This document shows, piece after piece, positions 1 through 9,195 of a stretch of DNA of 64,000 nt. The notes under the pieces are model-generated. The model was not told where the DNA came from. It did not search any database and saw only the letters and a list, made by a program, of their open reading frames with translations. This DNA is from a virus: the IMG/VR virus record IMGVR_UViG_3300008448_000002, positions 130,658 to 194,657 of that record; one strand, 5' to 3'. The translations under genes were made by a program, and so were the position numbers. How positions within the stretch are numbered: position 1 is the first letter of the stretch; each line of letters starts with the position of its first letter.

Positions 1-1
1 A

Positions 2-1756
2 ACTTCTAGCACGGATGATGTAGCTAGATGGTCAAGAACAAACGGATACGAAAGTTTGATAATTAAAAATGTAAGGGATAGAGGACCAGCGGGAGAATAT
101 GTAACTGATGAATCTTTAAAACCTCATGTAGTATATGTTGCGTTTTCCCCAAATCAAATTAAATCAGCTATAGGTAACAATGGTGATTTCTCGGACAAAT
201 CAAACAAAATAACCGAATCTGAAATTAATAATTATAACATGAAAGATATATTGAAATATGGATATAAGGATTTAAATACCTCGTCAAAAACATTTTCTAA
301 TTCTATTGTAGAAAAATTGGCTGTAAAGAATAATGCCGAAAATAAAGACATCATTGTTTTTATGGTTGATGGAGTATATAAATATTTTCTAAAACCATCC
401 AAAAAATTAACAGAATCAGAAGAGATACCCGAAACCATTAAAGTTAATGGTAAAGAAAGACCAACAAGAAACAGTAATAACAAGTTAATTCATACAACTA
501 TACAGGGTATTGAAAATTTTTGGAAGTGGTTCGGAGATAGTGAAGTAGTTGATAAACGAGGAAGACCTTTAGTAGTTTATCATGGAACTGATAAATCTTT
601 TGATACATTTAGAAATAAAAATAGAGGACTTGTATATTACTTCACCCCATCGGCGATAAACGCATCATCATACTCAGGCTCTACAAACTCTAACATAATT
701 CAGGTGTATATAAAATCGGAAAATCCTTATAGGGGCGGAAAAGAAGAAGAATTACTCGAAGCCATCAAACGTGGGGATGATTATTATCCGTACTCTTTGT
801 ATAACATAAAAGAGTACTTGTATAGTGGAAACCCTATGCCCTTTCACTTACCGAGCACAATCAAAGCTCTAAAAAAAATGGGGTATGATGGTTTTGTTGA
901 AATCGAATCCAACACAGAGCAATATGGTGTTTTCTCTCCTAATCAAATCAAATCTGCCATTGGCAACAATGGAGATTTTTCCGATAAATCAAACAAAATA
1001 ACCGAAGCTGCCCCAACAGAACAATTAAAATCTATGATTTACTATCATGGCACAGCATCAAAAGACGCTGCTATGAATATTTTAAAGAATGGTATACAAG
1101 CACCAGAATTAGAAACAAAAAGAGGTTCACAACTAACTCCCGTAAAAGGTAGAGTCTATATCACGCCAAAATTAACATATGCTATGGTATATGCTATCGG
1201 CATGAGCGGTGCGTTTGGTAGTAAATCATATCAAGTTCCATATGAAGGTAATGAAGAAAAGTTCAAACATGTATTTTCATCGTATGTTGGTAAACACGGT
1301 GGAAGATATGGTTATGTTTTTACCATTGATGGAAAAGACCTACATGACATACAACCAGATGAAGATGAAGTTGGTGAATTGTATCATATCATTAAGAACA
1401 AAAGTCTTGATTATTATAGTTCAAGAGAATCCGATATTTCTGTAAAAGTGTATGAAAAAATCCAAAAAGATGAATCACTCCAAAGAAGATTTGTTTATTT
1501 CTTTGAAAGAGTTGTCGGAGAATATACCTTAAATAAAATTAAACAAGGTGAATATGCCTACTACGCTTCTGGTGGAAAAACGGCATTAAAGAAAATGTCC
1601 GATGAAATGAAACTTGAATTGGCACAATTAGGTATCCATTTATCTCATGGTGGGACAATTATTCCCAAAGAATGTTGGGAAATTGATAAAACATTATTAG
1701 GTTATCTTAAAGAAGATGGTTCTAATTTCTTTGAGTTAGCTAAGAAAATCAGTTGA
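2..1756 (+). CDS. Multi-domain ADP-ribosyltransferase-like (ART-PolyVal-type) protein, 5' end outside the window
   Basis: The frame is open from base 2 (TSSTDDVARWSRTNGYESLIIKNV...). It has NFWKWFGDS..PLVVYHGT...YFT...GYDG...FSPNQIKSAIGNNGDF, a second copy of that C-terminal motif near the start, and a further YYHGT domain. Confidence 0.75.
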   Translation, partial: TSSTDDVARWSRTNGYESLIIKNVRDRGPAGEYVTDESLKPHVVYVAFSPNQIKSAIGNNGDFSDKSNKITESEINNYNMKDILKYGYKDLNTSSKTFSNSIVEKLAVKNNAENKDIIVFMVDGVYKYFLKPSKKLTESEEIPETIKVNGKERPTRNSNNKLIHTTIQGIENFWKWFGDSEVVDKRGRPLVVYHGTDKSFDTFRNKNRGLVYYFTPSAINASSYSGSTNSNIIQVYIKSENPYRGGKEEELLEAIKRGDDYYPYSLYNIKEYLYSGNPMPFHLPSTIKALKKMGYDGFVEIESNTEQYGVFSPNQIKSAIGNNGDFSDKSNKITEAAPTEQLKSMIYYHGTASKDAAMNILKNGIQAPELETKRGSQLTPVKGRVYITPKLTYAMVYAIGMSGAFGSKSYQVPYEGNEEKFKHVFSSYVGKHGGRYGYVFTIDGKDLHDIQPDEDEVGELYHIIKNKSLDYYSSRESDISVKVYEKIQKDESLQRRFVYFFERVVGEYTLNKIKQGEYAYYASGGKTALKKMSDEMKLELAQLGIHLSHGGTIIPKECWEIDKTLLGYLKEDGSNFFELAKKIS

Positions 1757-1781
1757 CAATATTTTAGTTAATTGTTATTAT
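1753..1781 (+). promoter_or_regulatory. sigma70-like promoter
   Basis: TTGACA(1753-58)-17 nt-TATTAT(1776-81) with a TGn extension; ATG follows 6 nt later. Confidence 0.7.
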
Positions 1782-1787
1782 ATTTAA

Positions 1788-3005
1788 ATGTATAAAATAG
1801 TAAGAAATCCTAAATTAGATTTTACTGGAAAAAGTTACAAGGATTCTGTCCCTAATCTACATAAATATCCAGCAACGATGATTCCCCAACTAGGAATGGA
1901 ACTTTTAAAAGAGTTTCCTACTAACAAGGGAACATTACTCGACCCGTATTGTGGTTCTGGCTCATCCTTTGTTGCCGCATTGAAAAATAATTATAGTATC
2001 ATAGATGGATACGATTTAAATCCTTTTGCCACCTTAATTTCAAAAGTTAAGTTTACTTTATTGGACGTTGATAAATTACAACAAGTTAAAATGGATTTTA
2101 TAAAAAGATTACATGATAAACAAAAATATCTAAAAACTTATCCATTACACGAGTTTCCGCACATACATTTTTGGTTTTCTGTAGATGTCATCAGTAAATT
2201 ATCCTTACTAAAGATGTGCGTCAATGAAATAGAAGATATAAACTATAGAAACGTATTTTCTTTGGCACTTGCCGAAACAGTAAGAAATAGTTCTTTTACT
2301 CGTCAAAACGAGTTTAAAATGTACAGGATTAAAAGTGATAAGATTACAAGTTATGCTCCAGTGCCGTTTAAGATTTTTGAAAAAAGTATAAATGAAATTA
2401 TAACAACATATTTGTCTCAATATCGTTATTTGTTGAAACAAGCAACAGTAAACATTGAAAATAAAGCATTCACACCAAAAGAAAATTATTATGATTGTGT
2501 ATTGACATCTCCGCCATATGGTGACAGTCAAACAACCGTTGCTTATGGTCAATTTTCATTTTTTGCGAATGAATGGTTGGGAATCGAAAACGCAAGAGGC
2601 ATTGATAAAGTATTGATGGGTGGAAAGAAAACAACCACTTTATATGATAAAGGTATCATTGGCAAGGATATAGAAAAAATCAATGATGTTAATCCAAAGA
2701 GAGCCTTAGAAGTTTCTTCATTTTATGAAGACTTGGAACAATCAATCGTTGATGTCGCAAAAAGTGTTAAACAAGGTGGAAAGATATTTTATGTAGTTGG
2801 TAACAGAAGAGTTTGTGACATACAACTACAAACAGACCAATTTATAGCTGAAACCTTTTGTAACAATGGATTTGACCACATTGTCACTTATGAAAGAGCG
2901 TTATCTAATAAAGTAATGCCTTCGACTAATTCCCCTAGTAATAAGAAGGGAGTAGCCAAAGGCACTATGACACAAGAATTTGTTATTATTTCTCAGAAAC
3001 AGTAA
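1788..3005 (+). CDS. Orphan DNA methyltransferase, probably N4-cytosine (MvaI-like)
   Basis: HKYPATMIPQ, SAM-binding LDPYCGSGS and catalytic TSPPY motifs. Confidence 0.85.
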   Translation: MYKIVRNPKLDFTGKSYKDSVPNLHKYPATMIPQLGMELLKEFPTNKGTLLDPYCGSGSSFVAALKNNYSIIDGYDLNPFATLISKVKFTLLDVDKLQQVKMDFIKRLHDKQKYLKTYPLHEFPHIHFWFSVDVISKLSLLKMCVNEIEDINYRNVFSLALAETVRNSSFTRQNEFKMYRIKSDKITSYAPVPFKIFEKSINEIITTYLSQYRYLLKQATVNIENKAFTPKENYYDCVLTSPPYGDSQTTVAYGQFSFFANEWLGIENARGIDKVLMGGKKTTTLYDKGIIGKDIEKINDVNPKRALEVSSFYEDLEQSIVDVAKSVKQGGKIFYVVGNRRVCDIQLQTDQFIAETFCNNGFDHIVTYERALSNKVMPSTNSPSNKKGVAKGTMTQEFVIISQKQ

Positions 3006-3050
3006 AAATATTCAATTATAGGTAGTCACAGTACCACTATTGCGACATTT

Positions 3051-4001
3051 TTACTGCCCGTATAGCCCAAGAACATACGAATCCATCCATTCTTTATCAG
3101 ATAGTAATGGCAATGTTGATTTTTCTTGTAACTCAACCAATAGGTCTTGATTTCTTTCTAACCATTCACTTACAATAGTATAATGAATTTTTCCTAATTT
3201 AACATCAAGAATGTGTTCTTTATCAGGGCAAGGAAAAGTAATATGTCCAGTAGTTAATAATTCTTGCGCTTGATAGATTGCCCTAACAGCATGAGATACA
3301 GCTTTCCAATCTACATTGTCATTTTTCTCCGCTTCTAATGCCCGATTGCCGTATCCCATTAATGCTTTTTCAAAAACCATAATGGCAAAATCGGTTGGAG
3401 CATTAAACGCAATTTTCTTCCCACAACATTCAAAAAGAGTTACCGCCAACCTATCGCCCTTGGCAGGTTCTTCATAAACGCGACTATGTTTCAATGTTTT
3501 GGTAAACTCTACTAATTCATCATTATACGGTGTAAGTTTTTCATATTGAGAATGATTCTTAAAAAAAGTAATAACTTCTCTTAATTCTGAAATATAACTA
3601 CCCTTTATGCCATACTTAGCACATTGCTTATTAATGTATCCAATATATCCATGAATGTTCTTATTAAGGATTTTATCTTTATTTTGTAGGATATTAATCC
3701 ATGTATTAGTGTGCTCAATCCAAAATTGTTTAGGTGAAAATAACATATCTAGGGCAACCATTTGTCCTTCTTGTAACATTCTGAAAAATCCTCTTAGTGT
3801 AAAGATTTCAGTATCTACATCATTATTTGTATTTTTACCATTGTCAGAACCAGTAGAATATGTTAAACTCGTAACTGGAACTCTTCCAAGAATTATATCT
3901 TTTAATTCGGGAAGATAAATAGCTTTATAATCCGTATCGGATTGTTCGGTATTAGTCCCATAAAGGTGACTTCCAAATGTGGTTTTGAATAATGTTTTCA
4001 T
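3051..4001 (-). CDS. Pol-beta superfamily nucleotidyltransferase (T4 NrdC.11/RlaP-like)
   Basis: GSHLYGTNTEQSDTDYKAIY (GS..DxD) motif and C-terminal DWKAVSHAVR helix. Confidence 0.8.
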   Translation of the reverse strand: MKTLFKTTFGSHLYGTNTEQSDTDYKAIYLPELKDIILGRVPVTSLTYSTGSDNGKNTNNDVDTEIFTLRGFFRMLQEGQMVALDMLFSPKQFWIEHTNTWINILQNKDKILNKNIHGYIGYINKQCAKYGIKGSYISELREVITFFKNHSQYEKLTPYNDELVEFTKTLKHSRVYEEPAKGDRLAVTLFECCGKKIAFNAPTDFAIMVFEKALMGYGNRALEAEKNDNVDWKAVSHAVRAIYQAQELLTTGHITFPCPDKEHILDVKLGKIHYTIVSEWLERNQDLLVELQEKSTLPLLSDKEWMDSYVLGLYGQ

Positions 4002-4007
4002 GTTTGA

Positions 4008-4035
4008 AACATACCACTTAATTTTAATTTGTCAA
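4008..4035 (-). promoter_or_regulatory. sigma70-like promoter
   Basis: On the - strand: TTGACA-16 nt-TATGTT with a TGn extension; ATG follows 6 nt later at 4001. Confidence 0.6.
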
Positions 4036-4105
4036 CATAAAAATATTAGTTGACACACAGAAATAATAGTTTATTAAACTATTTTAATTATAGAAAGGAA
4101 AAACA

Positions 4106-4597
4106 ATGAAAAAATCATTTGTTTTATCGCTTACTGCGTTTCTGTTACTTTTTCCAACAATAGGAAAAGCAGAAAATAATTGTTTTACTATCGCTTCTAA
4201 AGTGGCAGAAAAATATAATATTCCTGTTAAATATCTAAATGCCATCATCAGTGTTGAGACTAAAGGATTACCTTGGTCTGTATCACATGATTTAGAAAAA
4301 GGAAAACAATTTAAAACTAAAGAAGAAGCTGTCAAATATTCCAAAACTTTAATTAATAGAGGATTTACCAATGTTAATATTGGTTGTACGCAATTAAATT
4401 GGAAATGGCATAAAAAAAGTGCTGGGAATAGTGTTACTAAATTACTAGACCCATATACCAATGTCAAGTTAGCAGCAGAATATTTGGTATATTTAAATAA
4501 AAAAGAAAAATCTTGGATGAAATCGGCAACAGCTTATCATTCATATACACCAAGATATAGAAATATATACAAACGAAAACTTTTAAAGTATATGTAA
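4106..4597 (+). CDS. Lytic transglycosylase (SLT domain) with signal peptide
   Basis: Hydrophobic N-terminus ending GKA; AIISVET (catalytic Glu), NIGCTQLNWKWH and LLDPYTNVKLAAEYL. Confidence 0.85.
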   Translation: MKKSFVLSLTAFLLLFPTIGKAENNCFTIASKVAEKYNIPVKYLNAIISVETKGLPWSVSHDLEKGKQFKTKEEAVKYSKTLINRGFTNVNIGCTQLNWKWHKKSAGNSVTKLLDPYTNVKLAAEYLVYLNKKEKSWMKSATAYHSYTPRYRNIYKRKLLKYM

Positions 4598-4620
4598 AAA
4601 GGGGGCTTTTAGCCCCCTTT
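4597..4620. terminator. Bidirectional intrinsic terminator
   Basis: AAAAGGGGGC-TTTTA-GCCCCCTTT between convergent genes. Confidence 0.85.
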
Positions 4621-4643
4621 AATTTTCGTATAATAGTTAATTA

Positions 4644-5921
4644 TTAAGCAGTTTCTAAACTTGCTTCTCCAGCAACTAACGCTGTACCTTGTGGTTTCCA
4701 AGTATAACGATTACCAGCAAAAGTTACCACAACATTTGAAGTAATTTTTTTGGCATATTCTACGATACCCAATCCTGGTGTAATTGCCAATGTTGGAATA
4801 GTAGCATATGTGCCTCTAACAACAGGAGTAATAGCAGTAATTGTACCATTTACTAATGTGGCAGTAGCCGTTGCTGTACCAGCAGAGAAAGTAAGGGTGG
4901 GAGCAACCAGATAACCTGTGCCAGCACCAGTTACCGTAATAACGCCAACTTCAAATGTCAAGTTGACTGTTAAGCCAGTTCCACCTGAAGGAGCGACAGT
5001 TGTAGCTGCGCCCGTGGCACTTGGAAGAGCCGTATAGTTTCCGAGGTTTACTAATGTCAAACCAGTTACGACACCAGAGGATACAGTGGCAACCGTGGCA
5101 GTAATACTAGTACCTGTTCCACCTGTTACTGTGATTACGTTACCAACGGAATAACCTGTTCCACCAGCATTGACAGCGATTGTTTTTGCTCTCAAAGACA
5201 CCGTTGCCGTGGCACCTGAACCTGAGCTTGTTGCCGTTAAGGTAACAGTAGGAATAGCAGCATATGTACCTCTCGTACCAACCGCAACCGCTGTAACAAC
5301 GCCGTTTACTATAGTTGCTGTGGCTGTTCCGATGCCAGCAGAAAAACTAACTACAGGGGCAACAACATAATCTGCGCCACCAGCAGTTACCGTAATGTTT
5401 CCTAGTTGGAAGGTCAAGTTTACAGTAGCACCTGTTCCACCAGAAGGGGCAACAGTTGTAGCTGCGCCCGTGGCACTTGGAAGAGCCGTATAGTTACCAG
5501 CAGATGTAAGGGTTAATCCCGTGATTACTCCACCAGACACCGTAGCAACAGTAGCCGTAGCACTAGTACCTGTTCCACCTGTTACTGTAATAACATCATT
5601 GACCGAGTATCCTGTTCCGCCAGCATTGACGGCGATTGTTGCCACACGCAAAGAAGCAGTAGCAGTAGCACCAGCACCTTGAGAGATACCATAAGGCAAC
5701 ACTTTTACCGTCATTTGACCTGCGGCAGCGGCAGTAGTATTAACTAGAGCGCACTTGCTTGTTCCACCACTTGTTGTTACATTGTACTTATTAACACCCT
5801 TTTGGGCGATTACACTACCAGTTCTTGCTTGTGAATCACCAGCAACCCATGCGGTACATTGTAGTTGTTGACCCGCTGTTGCCAGCAAGCCTAATATTCT
5901 TTTATTAATCGGACGACCCAT
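4644..5921 (-). CDS. Gly/Thr/Ala-rich virion structural (fibre-like) protein with a tandem 152-aa repeat
   Basis: Start moved to ATG 5921 (MGRPINK) behind an AAGGA RBS; GGTGY beta repeats; late-promoter motif upstream. Confidence 0.7.
   Translation of the reverse strand: MGRPINKRILGLLATAGQQLQCTAWVAGDSQARTGSVIAQKGVNKYNVTTSGGTSKCALVNTTAAAAGQMTVKVLPYGISQGAGATATASLRVATIAVNAGGTGYSVNDVITVTGGTGTSATATVATVSGGVITGLTLTSAGNYTALPSATGAATTVAPSGGTGATVNLTFQLGNITVTAGGADYVVAPVVSFSAGIGTATATIVNGVVTAVAVGTRGTYAAIPTVTLTATSSGSGATATVSLRAKTIAVNAGGTGYSVGNVITVTGGTGTSITATVATVSSGVVTGLTLVNLGNYTALPSATGAATTVAPSGGTGLTVNLTFEVGVITVTGAGTGYLVAPTLTFSAGTATATATLVNGTITAITPVVRGTYATIPTLAITPGLGIVEYAKKITSNVVVTFAGNRYTWKPQGTALVAGEASLETA
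4774..5670 (-). repeat. 456-bp tandem duplication (4774-5214 and 5230-5670)
   Basis: Identical 44 bp at 4996-5039 and 5452-5495; identical 27 bp at 5106-5132 and 5562-5588; both offset by 456 bp. Confidence 0.95.
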
Positions 5922-5998
5922 AATATATTTTCCTTTATATGAAGTTTTAATTTCTACGAGCACAATTGCTCATAAATCCATTGAATAGTGGATAATAG

Positions 5999-6006
5999 TA
6001 TTTATG
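5999..6006 (-). promoter_or_regulatory. T4-late-like promoter CATAAATA
   Basis: Matches the recurring NATAAATA motif upstream of structural genes. Confidence 0.5.
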
Positions 6007-6021
6007 AAAAATATTTTTGTA

Positions 6022-6049
6022 TTGACAAATATTATAAGTATGCTACCAT
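6022..6049 (+). promoter_or_regulatory. sigma70-like promoter
   Basis: TTGACA-16 nt-TACCAT with a TGn extension. Confidence 0.5.
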
Positions 6050-6066
6050 TTATAATGGAGAATATT

Positions 6067-6255
6067 ATGCTTGGAATCTTTAAATCAACTAAGAAAAAAT
6101 ATAGGGTTAATTTCTCTAATGGAAAGACTGTAATAGTAAAAAGTAAGTTATATACCGATGTTTTGAATAAATATCATAGTATTCCTATAGTTACTATTTG
6201 GTATCTTCCTTCTATCGGCGGCTCTGTTTGTATGTGTTATCGCCCCAATAATTAG
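6067..6255 (+). CDS. Hypothetical protein
   Basis: Start moved to ATG 6067 behind a GGAG RBS. Confidence 0.55.
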   Translation: MLGIFKSTKKKYRVNFSNGKTVIVKSKLYTDVLNKYHSIPIVTIWYLPSIGGSVCMCYRPNN

Positions 6256-7052
6256 TAAATAATATTTTTATATTGAGTGTGATTTTTAATTACCCAATTT
6301 ACGACATCTTCAAAATCACCAGAAAAAACATAGTCTTTTTTTCCATATTGTGCCTTAACGCACCAATCACCTTCATCACAATTCGACTTTAATACAATTA
6401 TATCGTTTGGTTTCACATCACTACCATTGAATATAATTTGTCTTTCTAAATCACCGCGATGAAATACTTCAATACCACTGTTTTGAAACATGACAGCATG
6501 TTTACCATACTTCGGTCTACTTCCTTGTTGGGCATTTATAGCATCTCTTGATATGGGAATAAAAGCAAAGTTATAGCCACCGTCTTTTTTGTATTCTTTA
6601 TTAAAATATGTTGTTAATCCCAATTTATTGATATCTTCTATACCGTATTTAAAACCATTATCTTTTATACTTTGTGGTTCGTCAGTAAAATGAATCAACC
6701 AAGTATTTCTAGGTAGTAGTTTTTCTGTGCTTATTGAAGCATGTTTATATGTTGGCAAATCTTCGGGACTATATTGTTCTAAATAATTATAAACCTTTTT
6801 TTCAATTACTTTCTGAGTATCTTTATCAAACTTCATGAAATCTTCTGGTTCAAAGTTTTCATTAATATCACTAGAATCATCTATATTTTTATTATTAATA
6901 TTTATTTTCTCGTTAAATTCTTCTAAAATGTAATCATTTTCATAAATTATTTTACAAATCTCCCACCAGTAAGCATGATAGTCAAACTCTTCTTTTTTCA
7001 TGTAATCAAGAAGATACTTATTGGGTTTGGTATAAAGTTCAAATAATCTCAT
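6252..7052 (-). CDS. Hypothetical protein with possible ART-like fold, candidate internal head protein
   Basis: N-terminus MRLFE; WLIHFTD..I..GF motif; GATAAATA at 7060-7067 directly upstream. Confidence 0.5.
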   Translation of the reverse strand: MRLFELYTKPNKYLLDYMKKEEFDYHAYWWEICKIIYENDYILEEFNEKININNKNIDDSSDINENFEPEDFMKFDKDTQKVIEKKVYNYLEQYSPEDLPTYKHASISTEKLLPRNTWLIHFTDEPQSIKDNGFKYGIEDINKLGLTTYFNKEYKKDGGYNFAFIPISRDAINAQQGSRPKYGKHAVMFQNSGIEVFHRGDLERQIIFNGSDVKPNDIIVLKSNCDEGDWCVKAQYGKKDYVFSGDFEDVVNWVIKNHTQYKNIIY

Positions 7053-7076
7053 AATAATATATTTATCAAAAAATGC

Positions 7077-7105
7077 TTTACATTTTAGTTAAATAATGAT
7101 ACATT
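7077..7105 (+). promoter_or_regulatory. sigma70-like promoter
   Basis: TTTACA-17 nt-TACATT with a TGn extension; AAGGA RBS downstream. Confidence 0.6.
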
Positions 7106-7124
7106 TACTCAATAAGGAAAATAT

Positions 7125-7712
7125 ATGTCAAAAAAGAAACGAATTATCCCCTTTAAATTATGTCCTGGTAGTTGGGGATTAACAGGAAAAGTAAGAAAGT
7201 TAGCGGAAATTGAATATTATTATGGTGATAGTGAGGATAAAGAATATCTCTTGTTGGAATTAGATAATGACAAGGATACACCAGAATACATAAAAAATAA
7301 ATTAAAATTAGATAAAAAATATAAAAAAATATCTGATTATGATTATGAAATAGAATCTTTATCTACCAAAATAACAGATAAGGATTCAAAAGAATACTTG
7401 CTTGAAAAGGCAGAAATAGATTTAAAACATAATGTAATTAAAGATTATGAATACAGAAAAGAAATAGCTGATATTAATCACGAGGCATTTTTTGAAGTAA
7501 TTAATGGTAAAATGGAACGCATTGATGGTAAATCAACAATGGGGTTTGAGTTAGAGTGGAACGACTATTTTGTTAATCATTTGATAAATGATGGATGGAA
7601 AGGGGCAACTCAAGAAGATATTGTCAACGCTTATTTTAGCGAATTATGTAGGCAGATGTTGGCAGAAGATGAGTTTGAAGGCAGTAGTTTGGTAAACAGA
7701 GAAAGACCATAA
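7125..7712 (+). CDS. Hypothetical protein
   Basis: 195-aa ORF with RBS, first gene of the operon. Confidence 0.8.
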   Translation: MSKKKRIIPFKLCPGSWGLTGKVRKLAEIEYYYGDSEDKEYLLLELDNDKDTPEYIKNKLKLDKKYKKISDYDYEIESLSTKITDKDSKEYLLEKAEIDLKHNVIKDYEYRKEIADINHEAFFEVINGKMERIDGKSTMGFELEWNDYFVNHLINDGWKGATQEDIVNAYFSELCRQMLAEDEFEGSSLVNRERP

Positions 7713-8735
7713 ATGTCACATATTTTGATTGATTTAAGTAATTTAATACATAAGTGTAAATATGTTGTCAAGGGCGATGCTGAAACAAAAGCAGCATTGG
7801 CATTACACATTATCATTAATTCTATGATTAGTGCTTGGAATAGATTTGACGGAACATTATTAGTAGTGTGTGCCGATTCGACATCGTGGAGAAACGACCA
7901 TTACAAAAAGTATAAGGCAGCTAGAAGATTAAAAGCCAATTTGAGAACACCAAGAGAAATTGAAGAAGATGCGGTTTATTTTGATATGATGAATAAACTT
8001 GGTGATTTCTTAAGAGATAAGACAAACTGTGTTTTCTTGAAAAAAGATAGATTAGAAGCGGATGATTTGATAGCCGTGTGGATTAAGAATAATCCCGATA
8101 AGAAACATGTTATTGTAAGTGGCGATGGTGATTTCCATCAATTATTGGCTAAAAATGTAAAGATATACGATAGCATTAAGAAAATCATTGTTTGCCATGA
8201 TAAGGTTCTTAATGAAAAGGGTGAAAACCTTGAGTTTATCATTGATACTAAAGCTAAACTAAAAGTAAAAGAAGTTAATGAAGATTTTGTTCCTGATAGT
8301 AATTGGTATGAATGGGCATTTTTTATTAAGTTAATACGAGGCGATATAAGTGATGGCATTGTTCCAAGTCATTCTGGGGCAAGATTAAAAGGCACAAAGG
8401 ATAAACCAGGAATTACAGAGGCATTTGCCGATAGACATACTAAAGGTTGGGCATGGAATAATTTTATGCTACAACCAACCATATCATTCAATAATGATGA
8501 TGAAGTTATTGCCGTAAAAGATGGGTTTAAATTAAATACATTATTAATGGATTTAAACAATATTCCAGAGTCAATACTTATATTTGCCAATGAATACATA
8601 GAAGAACAAATGAAACAAGAAACAAAACGCAACATTGGTATTGAGTTTTTAAGATTTTGCGCCAAGCACAGATTAGATAATTTAGCAAAATATCCCGATA
8701 AGTACATCAACATGTTGAATACGAGGTTTAAATAA
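7713..8735 (+). CDS. rnh: T4-like RNase H / 5'-3' flap exonuclease
   Basis: IDLSN, CADSTSWR..YK..R, EADDLIA, SGDGDF.QL and GDISDGI motifs. Confidence 0.9.
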   Translation: MSHILIDLSNLIHKCKYVVKGDAETKAALALHIIINSMISAWNRFDGTLLVVCADSTSWRNDHYKKYKAARRLKANLRTPREIEEDAVYFDMMNKLGDFLRDKTNCVFLKKDRLEADDLIAVWIKNNPDKKHVIVSGDGDFHQLLAKNVKIYDSIKKIIVCHDKVLNEKGENLEFIIDTKAKLKVKEVNEDFVPDSNWYEWAFFIKLIRGDISDGIVPSHSGARLKGTKDKPGITEAFADRHTKGWAWNNFMLQPTISFNNDDEVIAVKDGFKLNTLLMDLNNIPESILIFANEYIEEQMKQETKRNIGIEFLRFCAKHRLDNLAKYPDKYINMLNTRFK

Positions 8736-9187
8736 TGCCAAATATTGTAAAAGTTACAGAAAACTCATGGTTAGTTCGGGCGAGCACTCAAAACATGAGT
8801 GGATTACTACAAAAAAAGAATGATGATATTTATTTCCTGACGACAACACATAGTGAAAAGTTCGATAATTTTAATGATTTTGAAGATTCGTATGGTAAAA
8901 TAAAGATTGTTGATAAATCTATATCCAATGAAGATATTATTGTTGAGATTAATGGATATACTGTAAAACATAAAGATGTTATCATTATTGACGATGGTGA
9001 TATACCCCTGTATAAGAAAACAGAAACAAGTGATATTGTCTATGCGGCGGGATATTGGTTAGTAGAATTTGCGAGTGGATGGGTTAAGGTTTTATGTCCT
9101 AAAACAACTACTTTAACAGAAAACGAGTTTAAAGGTCCTTATAAAACAAATCTTGAAGCGGCAAAAGAGTTGTCTAACCTGCGCTAA
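8735..9187 (+). CDS. Hypothetical protein
   Basis: 150-aa ORF translationally coupled to the upstream gene. Confidence 0.75.
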   Translation: MPNIVKVTENSWLVRASTQNMSGLLQKKNDDIYFLTTTHSEKFDNFNDFEDSYGKIKIVDKSISNEDIIVEINGYTVKHKDVIIIDDGDIPLYKKTETSDIVYAAGYWLVEFASGWVKVLCPKTTTLTENEFKGPYKTNLEAAKELSNLR

Positions 9188-9195
9188 ATATCATT

